Shown here piece after piece: positions 42,775 to 53,506 of a stretch of DNA of 64,000 nt. The position numbers and the translations under genes are program-made. Location: positions 480,001 through 544,000 of the forward strand of contig CM000435.1 in NCBI GenBank assembly GCA_000165345.1. The letters run 5' to 3'. The notes under the pieces are model-generated. The model was not told the DNA's origin. It saw nothing but the letters and a program-made list of their open reading frames with translations, and searched no databases. Every line of letters starts with the position of its first letter. Within the stretch, counting starts at the first letter, position 1.

Positions 42775-43560
42775 ATGGGTCGCGTTATTAGAGGTCAGCG
42801 TAAGGGTGCAGGTTCAATTTTCAAGGCTAAGGTTTCCAAGAGAAGAGGACCAGTTAAGCTTCGTGCATTGGACTACATTGAACGTCATGGATATATCAAG
42901 GGTTTAGTAAAGGATATCACTACAGATCCAGGTAGAGGCTGTCCAGTTGCACATGTTTCATTCAGAGACCCTTACAGATACAAAATCAAGAAGGAGCTGA
43001 TGATTGCTGTAGAAGGACTTCATACTGGACAATTTGTATACTGTGGAAAGAATGCAACACTTTCTGTAGGAAACGTTTTACCAGTTGGTCAGATTCCTGA
43101 AGGTACTATTATCTCCTCTTGCGAGGAAAAGGCAGGCGATAGAGGCAAACTCGCTAGAACTTCAGGTACCTATGCAATTATTGTTGGCCAATCTGAAGAC
43201 GGAACAAAGACACGTATTAGACTCCCATCTGGTGCAAGAAAAACTATCAGCTCTCAATCTAGAGCAATTATTGGTATTGTAGCTGCTGGAGGAAGAATTG
43301 ACAAACCAGTTTTGAAGGCAGGTAACAATTATCATAAATACAAAGTCAAGAGAAACTGCTGGCCAAAGGTTAGAGGTGTTTCTATGAACCCAGTAGACCA
43401 TCCTCACGGTGGTGGTAACCACCAACATATTGGTCACCCATCTACTGTTTCAAGAAGTGCACCACCAGGTCAGAAGGTCGGTCTCATTGCTGCCAGAAGA
43501 ACTGGTTTATTACGTGGTGGCCGCAAGACAGCTAAGGATAAGGTAGAAAAGGGAGTTTAA
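42775..43560 (+). CDS. RPL8: 60S ribosomal protein uL2 (L8e), 261 aa
   Basis: [34 protein letters not shown]...[42 protein letters not shown]; near-universal uL2 sequence. Confidence 0.97.
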   Translation: MGRVIRGQRKGAGSIFKAKVSKRRGPVKLRALDYIERHGYIKGLVKDITTDPGRGCPVAHVSFRDPYRYKIKKELMIAVEGLHTGQFVYCGKNATLSVGNVLPVGQIPEGTIISSCEEKAGDRGKLARTSGTYAIIVGQSEDGTKTRIRLPSGARKTISSQSRAIIGIVAAGGRIDKPVLKAGNNYHKYKVKRNCWPKVRGVSMNPVDHPHGGGNHQHIGHPSTVSRSAPPGQKVGLIAARRTGLLRGGRKTAKDKVEKGV

Positions 43561-43765
43561 ATTCATAGCGAGGTAACGCATAGATAATTTCTGATCCTCG
43601 ATAATTATTTGCTACCAAGAGCTTGGGGATGATGTTTCCTTTGATGTTATATAGTATTTAATTATTGGTCAGATTTTTAACTCTATTAGTATCTAGTCTA
43701 GGCTATTAAATATTCTAATTGACTAGTTTCTTTTTGCTGCGAATCTTAGCTATAATGAATTTGTC

Positions 43766-44414
43766 TTAATTTTTCTTGTAAATCGTGTTAAGAAGTAGTT
43801 TGATCAAATAACCAACAAACAAAGCCGAGAATGTTGTCAAAAGAGCAACAATCCAGATTGCAAGTTTGCATTCACCAATAGGAATATTTATATAGGGATA
43901 TTTTGGGTCTCCCGTTGGAACCTTAGTAATACTTATCCTGCATTCCTTAAGCTTGAAAAACTCATCTATTCAAATTTTTGCTTTTATGGGTTCTTCAAAG
44001 ATTTTAAAACTTACCTGGAGATGAACATTGACAATGACTTTTATGGACCCACAAACATTGTTTATGGAAATCATGGTCACAAATATAAACTCCAATTTCA
44101 CATCCCTGAGGGAAAAAAGTTGCATGCAAATACGGCAAAATGAAAAAAAATACACTTACCTTTACAGTATCCTTCCCATCAAAGCCTTGAGAATTATAAC
44201 ATTTTGGTCTGGAGTCTATTCTAATCCTATCTGAGAATATTTGAATCTTGAACTTATGAGAAATAATTGGAAGTACTTCCAAAGAAAGACGCGAAAGTTC
44301 GTTGTCTGGGATACCCTCATTAATGGGAATGAACGATGGTATCACTGTAGATTGAGTTGAAATGAAGTCCCATATTAGAACACAAATAATAATAAAGAAA
44401 ATAGTCTTTTTCAT
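43766..44414 (-). CDS. Small type-I membrane protein, proposed 3 exons (44414-44160, 44105-44015, 43965-43766), about 181 aa; possibly TRAP-beta/SSR2-like
   Basis: Signal peptide MKKTIFFIIICVLIWDFIST. Intron 1 (44159-44106, GTAAGT..TCAG) is 54 nt and in frame. The apparent stop of the track ORF sits inside a perfect CCAG|GTAAGT donor. A 49-nt intron to an AATAG acceptor opens 66 further codons encoding a TM helix (LAIWIVALLTTFSALFVGYLI) and a basic tail ending YKKN. The 2-exon alternative (stop at 44004) is not excluded. Confidence 0.45.
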
Positions 44415-44550
44415 GTTATTATCGAATTTTCATATTTATTAAAGGGAGATCCGCCAAATTTTTTTGCAGAGAAAAAATTAAATGAATGATTGGAGAAAAT
44501 TACAAAACGATTATATTTGACATCTTTTCAAAGTAAAATAAACTCATAAT

Positions 44551-45462
44551 ATGGGCTTCAGCGGAGATAAAATAGAATCTTCGTGTAATATTCGGTCTCA
44601 ACGAAGGCTTAGAACTGATACTGCAGAGGCAGTTTTTGGCAATTTTTGGGAAGCACCAAAAAATTCAAATTTTCACTCCAGGGGAGTGAAAAAAAATAAA
44701 CAAAACTATGAACATGAGATAGCTGAAAATTCTACCCAGAAGTCAGACTCAGATTCCTTAGATAAAAAGTTTAATATTACAAACTTGGACACTCAAGAAA
44801 GATTGAGCTTTTATGAGTCACAAGGAGCAGAGCCATACCTTTCTAAGTACCCAACTATAACTTCTATACTTACAGAAACACAACCTAAAAGGTGGATGAT
44901 AATGTTTAGTAGAGCTCAATCTTCAAGTTCTAGGGATTCTAAAGATGGAAAGAATAATAAAAAGAATTCTAAAATAAATTCTTCAGGTTTAACAAACGAA
45001 GATTTACCGTTTAACAAAATGCAATTTATATGGAGTTCTGAGTTGGATGAACACAAAAGGGTCAAGTTAAATAACAAAAACAGTCCAAGTTCACAATCTT
45101 TATTATCTGACCCAAATGACCTTTCACCAATCGTAATTAATTTTCCCCACCCTATTCAGCTTCAGAATATTTCTATTCCATACGAGGTTCTAGACCCAAG
45201 GTCCGTTCCATGCGGCTCATTTATTTGGTGGGATAGAAGAGTATGGGAATATAATTTTGTTTATATGGCCAGAAGACTATCTACTAACGATGAAAAAAGT
45301 CGTAAAAAACTCAATATAGAAAACCCAGTAACTCCAAAGAAACAGATTAGAGCTTTAGGGGAAAGCAACGGACAAAGTTCTAAGCGTTCAAGACCAAAAG
45401 TAGATGCAAACCCCAAACTAAATCAGAAATCAAAGTCTCCTAAGAATGTAATTAAGCAATAA
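44551..45462 (+). CDS. Hypothetical low-complexity Ser/Lys/Asn-rich protein (303 aa)
   Basis: ATG-initiated long ORF with no recognisable domain. Confidence 0.5.
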   Translation: MGFSGDKIESSCNIRSQRRLRTDTAEAVFGNFWEAPKNSNFHSRGVKKNKQNYEHEIAENSTQKSDSDSLDKKFNITNLDTQERLSFYESQGAEPYLSKYPTITSILTETQPKRWMIMFSRAQSSSSRDSKDGKNNKKNSKINSSGLTNEDLPFNKMQFIWSSELDEHKRVKLNNKNSPSSQSLLSDPNDLSPIVINFPHPIQLQNISIPYEVLDPRSVPCGSFIWWDRRVWEYNFVYMARRLSTNDEKSRKKLNIENPVTPKKQIRALGESNGQSSKRSRPKVDANPKLNQKSKSPKNVIKQ

Positions 45463-45530
45463 AGTCAAAATTTGAGTATTATAGCAACATTTTAATATTC
45501 AGTTTATAATAATCTTCTATAGTTAATAAA

Positions 45531-47086
45531 TTAATCTTCATCGCTTTCACTAATTAATCTGTTTAACTTTCTTTTAACTGGTCTCATTGTAGGCTCGGGC
45601 GATTTAGTCTGTAATGAAGGAGTATTCTCAACAGTAGAAGATTCAGAATCTTTGTTTTCTTCTATCTTGTTCACTTTGATTTCACTCGACTGATTAGGAG
45701 CTTCAGAACTGTTTTCAGCGAGATCTTTTTCAGCTTGACTACTCAAGTTCTTAGATACTGGAGCTCCCCATTCACTAATAATTTTCGTTTCTTCTATTTT
45801 AACCTTCTTTTTATCACAACTCAAAGAAGAATCTACTTCTTTGCGAGTTTCTGACTTTTGTTTTTCTGATAAAGGTGGCCTAGAGGGAGTTTCATGAGTG
45901 TTTTTTCTTTCGTTTGATGCAGTCTTAAAAAAGCCATCCAAACATGTCTGTGAAGTCTTATTTTTGCTTTTCTTGATTCTTTCGCAATAGCTATTGACTC
46001 TAGCCTCATTGAAATTTTGTTCTTTTATAAGCCACTCCATAAGTTCTTCATACTTGGGGTTTGACCACTTAATCAAATCTTTTATTTGATTATTTTTTGA
46101 TACTAGGGGATTCTTAAAGAGCTCTCTGACCTTTGAGAAATCGAAGTTTCCTGGTATAGGATTTTTTGTCTGATCAATGTTTTTTAAAATGCTTTCAATA
46201 TTATGGTATTTTTTGAGTAATTTATAGGCTGTACTTGTTCCTATTCCTCTTATCGTTCCACAATAATCGCACCCACTCAAGATACAAAGATCAATAAATT
46301 GGTCCATATTTATATCAAGCTCAGAAAGGATCAAAGATAGCTTTATAATTTGCATACCATTTTTTTGTTTGCTTGGCGACTTATCAGTTATTTTGTTTGA
46401 AGATTCTGAAAAATTTAATTGTTTTATTTGGATTGGCGTACCAAATGTCAAAGAGTCTGCATCTTCTGTGACAACTCCATAAACTAGACCATCTTTACAT
46501 AGTTCTGCGCACTGTGCTTCCGCCTCTGATGGGGCATCTATACATGGCATTCCAAGAAAACCCAACAGTTTCTTAACATCTTCTACTTGCTTTTTTGTTA
46601 CATGTATAGTTCTAACAGATTGTTTTTTGATAAGCTCTTCATCTCCAATTTCTTGAGCTTTCTCTAGTTCAGCAAGTGCTTTCTCTCTTCTTTCATCTCT
46701 TTTTGTCAGTTCATCTTTCTTCATCTCTGGGGGAGCACCATCAAATACAAATACAGGTTTAATTCCTGCTTCTAGAAGTCTAGTGGTTCTCGAAAGCATC
46801 CCATTTATATGACTTGTGGATTCACCTGAAGAATTGGTTAAGTTACCCCACTGGCTTCCTTCTCTAATTGCTGCCAAAAACTGGTAAATCCACATACTAG
46901 CGTCTATTGCTACTCTTTTCCCTAGCAAGGAGCCGATTCCCTATAAAATTAAAGGAATTAGAAGTAATATTTAATATAGATCTCTAACTTTGTAATATAG
47001 TCTATTTAAAATGTTCAACTTACCTGCTGTTGGATACTTTTCGGAGCATTATCTGCAAGAAACTTAGTTAGGCCTTTAATTCCCAT
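45531..47086 (-). CDS. FEN1: Flap endonuclease 1 (FEN1), 2 exons (47086-47024, 46940-45531)
   Basis: The 5' micro-exon encodes MGIKGLTKFLADNAPKSIQQQ (human [21 protein letters not shown]). An 83-nt intron (GTAAGT..TTTTATAG) follows. Exon 2 begins GIGSLLGKRVAIDASMWIYQF, and XPG-N/I domains are colinear with human FEN1. The track ORF begins at an internal TTG. Confidence 0.92.
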
Positions 47087-47182
47087 ATTAAAATAAAGAT
47101 AGATTAAAATATAATTATTAGAGACTAATTTACAGCCTATTTAAATATTTACACTTTTAATGATAATTTCCCACTTTTATGT

Positions 47183-47222
47183 AATTTCACTCACCCTCCC
47201 CCTCACAGTTGTGAGTGAAATT
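47183..47222. repeat. Perfect 12-bp inverted repeat AATTTCACTCAC / GTGAGTGAAATT with a 16-nt C-rich spacer
   Basis: Seen directly. It sits 37 bp past the p24 stop codon and about 100 bp upstream of the FEN1 ATG. Confidence 0.6.
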
Positions 47223-47258
47223 TAAGGATAATTTGAGAAATAATGAAAAAAATAGACG

Positions 47259-47952
47259 CTAAATAATCCTCTGTTTCCTAAGGAAGTTCCTCATATGAAT
47301 GATTGAAAAATATGAAATAACTGATACTAATGTTAGCTGAATTATAGAGTATATTACAATTCTTTTATTTACACTCAATGCTTGCTTTAAAAACATCTCC
47401 TGTTTCTCAAACTCATATTCTCCTTCGGATACTTGGTTATTTACCTTGCTGATTAGAGAGTTAATAAATTCTTCCACATAATTTGCTTCATCCTTGCTTG
47501 CAATTGAGTCCACGTCAAGATGCTCACTTATGTTACCTGTGTCGATCGAAAGTATCCATTTCATTTGTTCTGATTTAAACCAATTAGAAGAGTCACACCT
47601 AATGCATACCTTGTGATCTCCATCTACTTCTGGAAGGTATGCAACACTACCTTTATGGTCATTTTCATTTACATGCCTACTAAAAACTTCAATATTTTCA
47701 GTGTTTTTGAAAATAACTGTGCAGTCAATACCTAAAGAAAGTATATTTTGCCCAAAAACTAAGATTAAACATACCTAAATTATTCACATTCTCATACTTT
47801 ACATGAATTGGAACAGACTTAGGAACTTCTTGAATGAAGCACTTCTCTGTACCTTCTTGAACATAAAAATATATTGCAGAATACACCCTAATACATTTGA
47901 TGATCAAAAAGAGTATTATTGCCTGAATATTAGCACTTTGAAAAGCCTTCAT
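47259..47952 (-). CDS. p24/TMED (emp24/GOLD-domain) cargo receptor, 2 exons (47952-47775, 47716-47259), about 211 aa
   Basis: Signal peptide plus GOLD start (YFYVQEGTEKCFIQEVP). A 58-nt intron (GTATGT..CACAG) restores the frame. DGDHKVCIRCDSSNW matches TMED DGTYKFCFSNRMS. The C-terminus has a coiled-coil, TM and short tail (RIVIYSIIQLTLVSVISYFSIIHMRNFLRKQRII). The track shows two separate ORFs. Confidence 0.8.
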
Positions 47953-48341
47953 AAGTTTAGGTTCATTAAAAATTATGTCTACAATAGATATTTAGGAATT
48001 GTTATACTATAGTTTTATAGGTATTTTAGAAACTATTTAACCTTAATTACTCTAATCTTATTTGGCCAAGTAGTTGAGGGGAGGTCAAAAATAAAATGTT
48101 CAAAATATATTTAGGAATTCAACAATATGATTAATAAGGGAGAAAAAGTGGGTTAGCAATGCACGCAAACAAATAAGTAGCTTGCGGCTTATTTGATAAT
48201 CTTTATTATTAATAATTATAATCATTCAAACCATACATTTTATTAAAATCGAATTGCGGCAACGCTTTTTATGTAGTAATTTTCTTGCACAAAAGTTTTA
48301 ATTATATTTTAGGGATTATAATTTATTGTGGAAATTAAACA

Positions 48342-48645
48342 ATGCACAGCAACTTTAAGGCAGAGCCTTTTCCATTATTCGTCTCTACTCAAAGTTTTCT
48401 TCCAATATCGATGATTCTCTCGCTTATTTGTAAGTTTGATTGTATTTTTTTAAAAATTTGGTTAAGTATTATTTATGTTTTATTCTCCAGCACTGGTATT
48501 TATATCGTTTTTCATTGTATATGAATTCAGATTCCCAAGATTAAAAAGAAGTTTAAAGGATGAACTAATTGTTTCATTTGCAGGATCACTTACTTTAGGC
48601 TTAGGGCTCACTTTTGCATTATTATCATTTGGTCTATATTTTTAG
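48342..48645 (+). CDS. Small 2-TM membrane protein, 2 exons (48342-48429, 48491-48645), 80 aa; family unknown
   Basis: The 61-nt intron is GTAAGTTTG..TATTCTCCAG. The spliced protein is MHSNFKAEPFPLFVSTQSFLPISMILSLISLVFISFFIVYEFRFPRLKRSLKDELIVSFAGSLTLGLGLTFALLSFGLYF. Confidence 0.4.
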
Positions 48646-49739
48646 GTTTTAGATTTAGTTTCTTTAAGTACTTTATCTCAAGCATTACTGTAATTGTTTG
48701 AATTAAGACAAAATTTAAAAAAATTAACTAAAGCAGAAGATCATAGTTAGAGATTATTATGAAAGCAATACTGAAAAAAAAAGAATTACGAATAAATAAC
48801 ACTTTGATTTAAAAAAAAAAAAGAAAAAAAAAGACCAATAGGGATTTTGCGATAGTATGGGTTTAGAAAATTATAACTCTAGAATATTCCAATCTAACTT
48901 CACCTCTTTTCTATTCGCCGAATATACTTGCATTTGACATTTTAAGCATTAATTTGTCCAATTCATTGTCTTAATAACCGGTAACCCCACACATTGAGAC
49001 AATATGTTAACCAATTATGATTTGTTAAATAGTGCGCTAAATTTAGTTAACCTTATTTAATTTCTCCTCACACTGGTGTCTCCCAAAAGTTATGATTTCT
49101 TTCGTCACTTTTTCGATTTTATATTTAACAGGCTCGACTCGGAGTATTATTTATCTCCGATAACCTAAACCGACTTAAACTTTTATAGCGGGGGTTTTTG
49201 GCAAGTTATACCTCGTAGCTAGTTACGTCCCTAATTCTGGACTTAGCTGGTTAAATAAACTAAAATTGCTTTAGCCGTGCTAATACTAAATCTCGCTGGA
49301 TGCTCACAACCCACCTGAATTGGCAGGGTTTAGGTTCGCCCTCTACCAGCAAGTCGTATCTACTTGATACGTTTTTTTCGATAAAACCAATGTATCTCTA
49401 ATTCATATTTAGTGCCAGTACTTCGTAGTTTTTGGAATTGTGTGGGCGTCCTCAGCTTGGACAGTTGGGTGAGTCCGCGCAAAGTCTTTTTAGCCTTGTT
49501 GCTTTTGTACCACTTGACTTGTGCCGGCGATGTTGTGAACGTTTAACAACAGTTTGGAGTTAAAGGATCGTTTTCTGCGCAAATATTTGGAAAAGGGGAA
49601 ATCGCGGGATTTTATTTAGATATATTTAATGTAGAAATAAATAAAACAAAATTAGATTTACCAAAAGGGTTTGAATCATTATTTTTACTATGTTAGAGTT
49701 TATGAAGTATAGTTTTATCAGAAAACTGAATAAGCAAAC

Positions 49740-51122
49740 ATGAGTAATCAAGTTGGCTTAATTTATCCTCCATTTGAATTAAGAGCTACAATTGACAAGA
49801 CTGCCAGCTTTGTGGCGAAGAATGGGGAGGAGTTCGAGTCGAGAATACTTAGTGAATCAGGGAGTATTAAGTTTACATTTTTGAATAAGGACAATCCCTT
49901 TCATTTGTACTACAAGAAGCGAATTGAGGATTTTAAGAATGGAGTTTCTATTGACAACAGTGGGCCTACGATCCCGAGGGCAATATTGGATATGAATAGT
50001 AGGAAAGAGAAGCAAATAATTGCGGAAAAAGAGGTATTGATGTTAACATCTTTCAGTGGAGGCTTTGGGTTCATGGGAGGGGCTGTTATGGAGCCTGAAG
50101 AGCCTAGGAAGGATCAATATACAATTTCTCATCCTATAATTTCAATAAAGGATGAGTCAGTAATAAAAATTACAGCAATGTATTTGGCCAGGAATGGACA
50201 ATCTTTTTTATCAGATTTGACTGCTAGAGAGTCAAACAACCCTCAGTTTGACTTTTTGAAACCTGGGCACGCATTATTTGGATACTTTGCAGATTTAGTT
50301 GAGGCTTATTCACTCTGTTTAATTCCAAATAAGAGTTATTTGAGGGGAATGAAAAATGAGTCAGAGGATCTACAGGCAATTTTTAGACGTTGCTATAAGA
50401 ATAGTCTTTGGAGAAAGAAGGAAGTTGAAACAAACAGTGGCTTACTTGAATTAGAAAACAGGGATCATGTAGACTTGGAATGGGTCGCAATTAACATCGT
50501 TGAGACAGTTGATTTTGATGATTTGAATTTGGATCTTCCTGAACCAGTTGATTTTTCTATGCTTTCAAAGTTAGTTTTAGAGTCCTCTTTAGACATGCTA
50601 AATGAAAATGATAGGAATGATCTATTAGAAAGTGAAATTCAAAATGAAGAGAGACAGATTAATGTTTTAGTGATTGAGAAAGAACAAATAAATGATAATG
50701 TTTCTGATGAATTAAATAATACAAACAATGATGATGCTTTTGAAGAGGAATTTAAGAATATAAAAATAATTAAGAACTATGTTAGAGTGCCAAAAAAGAG
50801 GGGGCTTGTAACTAAATCAGAACAAAAAAAGAAAGGTAAAATGTACAGATGTCCAATTACAGGCCAATTGATACCTGACGAGGAAATTTCAAACCATATG
50901 AGGATTTTACTGCTAGATCCAAAATGGAAGCAACAGAAAGACCAGCTAGTTCAGAGAGCGCAGCAGGAATCCGCCCTAACAGCATCTTCAAATATAGAAG
51001 AAAACCTCATCGCATTTATTACAAAGCGTCCCGATCTTTTTGGTACAATTGAAGAAGCTGTAGCAGGAACCCATGGCTTTGAAGAGAATGGAGAAAAAAA
51101 TAAAAAGCAAAAATTTCAGTAG
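49740..51122 (+). CDS. SF3A1: Splicing factor 3a subunit 1 (SF3A1/PRP21) homolog with two SURP modules (460 aa; no C-terminal ubiquitin-like domain)
   Basis: VGLIYPPFELRATIDKTASFVAKNGEEFESRI (human VGIIYPPPEVRNIVDKTASFVARNGPEFEARI). A second SURP module is present (IKITAMYLARNGQSFL). CPITGQLIPDEEISNHMRILLLDPKW matches human SPITGEKIPASKMQEHMRIGLLDPRW. Confidence 0.85.
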   Translation: MSNQVGLIYPPFELRATIDKTASFVAKNGEEFESRILSESGSIKFTFLNKDNPFHLYYKKRIEDFKNGVSIDNSGPTIPRAILDMNSRKEKQIIAEKEVLMLTSFSGGFGFMGGAVMEPEEPRKDQYTISHPIISIKDESVIKITAMYLARNGQSFLSDLTARESNNPQFDFLKPGHALFGYFADLVEAYSLCLIPNKSYLRGMKNESEDLQAIFRRCYKNSLWRKKEVETNSGLLELENRDHVDLEWVAINIVETVDFDDLNLDLPEPVDFSMLSKLVLESSLDMLNENDRNDLLESEIQNEERQINVLVIEKEQINDNVSDELNNTNNDDAFEEEFKNIKIIKNYVRVPKKRGLVTKSEQKKKGKMYRCPITGQLIPDEEISNHMRILLLDPKWKQQKDQLVQRAQQESALTASSNIEENLIAFITKRPDLFGTIEEAVAGTHGFEENGEKNKKQKFQ

Positions 51123-51145
51123 GGTATAATTATAGAGCTAGATAG

Positions 51146-53506
51146 CTAATTTTTTGATGTTCCCTTAACTATCAGTTCTTGTAATTCTGAAATAAAATGA
51201 TCGTTGTTTTCCACTCCAACCACATCAGAAATTGAGCTCATAAGAATATTTTTAAGATTTAAGTCATTTGTTGACCTTTGAAGAACACAAAGTACAACTG
51301 GTTCAGAGTCTTTGAGAGCAATAGGTGATAGCTTAATAGGCATTATTGGAGAGTTTTCTGAGTCCTTCTCAAGTAGATAGTTTGTGAATGCTAGCACTAG
51401 TAATCTTGTAATTTGTTTTAAAGCATCTATTTGCCTGGGAACAACTGAAATTGAGTTGTAAAGAAGAGCAAGAAATACCACTCCAGTTGAAATTCCTAAA
51501 AGGCTTTGAATGTACTCCTGATTATAGTATTTAAGAAGCGCTGAAAGGCTTGGGACTAGAGAAGATGTATCTCTATAATTATTAGATTGCATCATTCTAT
51601 TTGCAAGAAGTGCTGTAGTTTCCAGAATTTTTACCCCCAACTTTGCTTTGGCCATCAAGTCTTCTCTAGTAACATATTTTTCATCATATGGGTCATTTCC
51701 TCCATATATATTTCTCCAGTCATCAACAAGCTTATCAATATCTCCAGAGTATCCAAAGCCATCATGAGGTGCCAAAATATCCTGGCCTTGTCGATATCTA
51801 AAAGCTCTGGGTACAAGAGCCATTAATGGAGGCAGAATTATAGATGATGATCTAAAAATCTCAATAATTGGATCGTTACAGGCAATAATAGACTCTAATA
51901 AAACTGTCATGTAACTCTCACTAATATGAGGCATATGGAATAGACTTAACACGAAGTATCTTCCTTTCCTAATATTGAGGATTTTGTTTAAAAGCCAGCG
52001 TCTAGCATTCAAGCATGCAATATTTCTTTCTGCAAAAGAAATCTCAGAAACTTTAAAATGCTCTCCATTTTTATAGTTTGCATCTTCCACACTTGACGCA
52101 CCAAAAGAGTGCTTTGAAAACCCAAATAGTAGCTGAAAGATTAAGTCTATAGTGTCTCTTAATTCCTGATCGAGACGAAGTCTTGCCTGTAAGTGCCCAG
52201 TTGGACAGTTTTCAATTTCATCATCAAAGTAACTAACGTATTGCAAAAGGTCATTACCTGCTTCTATAATAGAATAAACCAGTGGTCCAGGTGCTTGAAC
52301 TTTTTTCTCATCTTGACTCCCAAATTCAGGAGAATTAAAAATATTGCTGTGAAGAACTTCAAAAACTTGCTTTGAAAGCATTTGATAATGTGCATTTCCT
52401 GTTGAAAATGAATAATCTCCATTTATAGAATTCTTTATTTGGTCTCTATTTTCTCCAATGTTTATTTCGTCTCTCATCTCCGAGTTATCATCCTTAGATA
52501 GGTTGTGAACTTTTATAAGTTCCCTAGCTCCTCTGACTGTTGAATATGTGGATTTTCCGAATTTGCGAATTCTATTAGAGTCTTGGTCAGCAATTTGCCC
52601 CTCTTTCAATTTATTTTTTGATCTATCTTCAGCTTCTTGTCCTACTTTTGTATTTAATTTGGACTGATCTTTATCCTCTGAAGAATCACTATTACCTAAG
52701 GGAAGATTATGCTTACGAGCAAGTAGTCTCCTATTCCACTTAGACGAATATGACTGAATTTCTGGCCTTTCCGCCATTTGCTGAAGCTGAATCCTTAAAA
52801 TCATATCAAAATCTCTCGAGGCCATTAGATTATTGTTTCTTGATGGATCATTTGAAAGACCAGAGTGATCCCAGTTTGATGGAGATGATAAGTTACATGA
52901 GATAATTTCAGATATATGTGTTTTTGTCAAAGGAGATATGTAGCTACTAAAAGGAATTTCAGGAACTGGCTCGGGCTCCTTAGAGGTGTCTTGTTCATGG
53001 CTTAAAATGTCTTGGTGGCTTCCTCTATGGCCTCTGCTTCCAGAATAGCTTCTATCATCGTTCCTTTTAGAAGAGGAGTGTTGGTTACTTGTGTTTCTTT
53101 GTTTATGTTGGAATGATGATCCATGTTGGCCTTTATTGTGTGAATAGCCTGAGTTAACTCGACTACGTCTCACATTTTGCTCGGCCTCAAAATCTGCATA
53201 ATTCTGTTGGTGTAACTCTTCTTGGATTTTAGTTGATCCCTGTTCCCTAAAAAAATCTTGATTCATCATCGCTGCTTCTATCTCCTCTACTGTTAAGGGC
53301 GTTTTTGACTTCATCAGCTCCTCAAGCCTTTTCATTTGGTTTGCCCCTTCCCGTTCCTGGTACTCTTGCTTTATATCAAAATGATTCAGGGTAATTGATG
53401 GAACCCAGTCATCGCCTACCTCGCCTACCTCAAATGTCTCATCATTATGACGATCATCATCCAAAAGTTCGTTTTCATTAATCTCAGAGTAATAGTAGCT
53501 TTCCAT
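51146..53506 (-). CDS. PAT1-like (mRNA decapping / P-body) protein, about 786 aa from the ATG at 53506
   Basis: N-terminal DETFEVGEVGDDWVP matches PATL1 DDTFGSGAVDDDWQ. A Ser/Gln/His-rich middle region is followed by a helical C-terminal domain. The track start at 53515 is TTG. Confidence 0.65.
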   Translation of the reverse strand: MESYYYSEINENELLDDDRHNDETFEVGEVGDDWVPSITLNHFDIKQEYQEREGANQMKRLEELMKSKTPLTVEEIEAAMMNQDFFREQGSTKIQEELHQQNYADFEAEQNVRRSRVNSGYSHNKGQHGSSFQHKQRNTSNQHSSSKRNDDRSYSGSRGHRGSHQDILSHEQDTSKEPEPVPEIPFSSYISPLTKTHISEIISCNLSSPSNWDHSGLSNDPSRNNNLMASRDFDMILRIQLQQMAERPEIQSYSSKWNRRLLARKHNLPLGNSDSSEDKDQSKLNTKVGQEAEDRSKNKLKEGQIADQDSNRIRKFGKSTYSTVRGARELIKVHNLSKDDNSEMRDEINIGENRDQIKNSINGDYSFSTGNAHYQMLSKQVFEVLHSNIFNSPEFGSQDEKKVQAPGPLVYSIIEAGNDLLQYVSYFDDEIENCPTGHLQARLRLDQELRDTIDLIFQLLFGFSKHSFGASSVEDANYKNGEHFKVSEISFAERNIACLNARRWLLNKILNIRKGRYFVLSLFHMPHISESYMTVLLESIIACNDPIIEIFRSSSIILPPLMALVPRAFRYRQGQDILAPHDGFGYSGDIDKLVDDWRNIYGGNDPYDEKYVTREDLMAKAKLGVKILETTALLANRMMQSNNYRDTSSLVPSLSALLKYYNQEYIQSLLGISTGVVFLALLYNSISVVPRQIDALKQITRLLVLAFTNYLLEKDSENSPIMPIKLSPIALKDSEPVVLCVLQRSTNDLNLKNILMSSISDVVGVENNDHFISELQELIVKGTSKN

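Noticed and set aside
43970-44155. 61-aa - strand ORF overlapping the small membrane-protein gene
   Set aside because: It is an out-of-frame read across the 54-nt intron and exon 2 of the 44414-43766 gene.
49286-49345. tRNA-like fragment (GCTGG...GGTTCGCCCT...CCAGC) in the long intergenic gap
   Set aside because: It is only about 56 nt, with no D-arm or anticodon arm, so it is not a canonical tRNA. It is kept only as part of the candidate ncRNA region.
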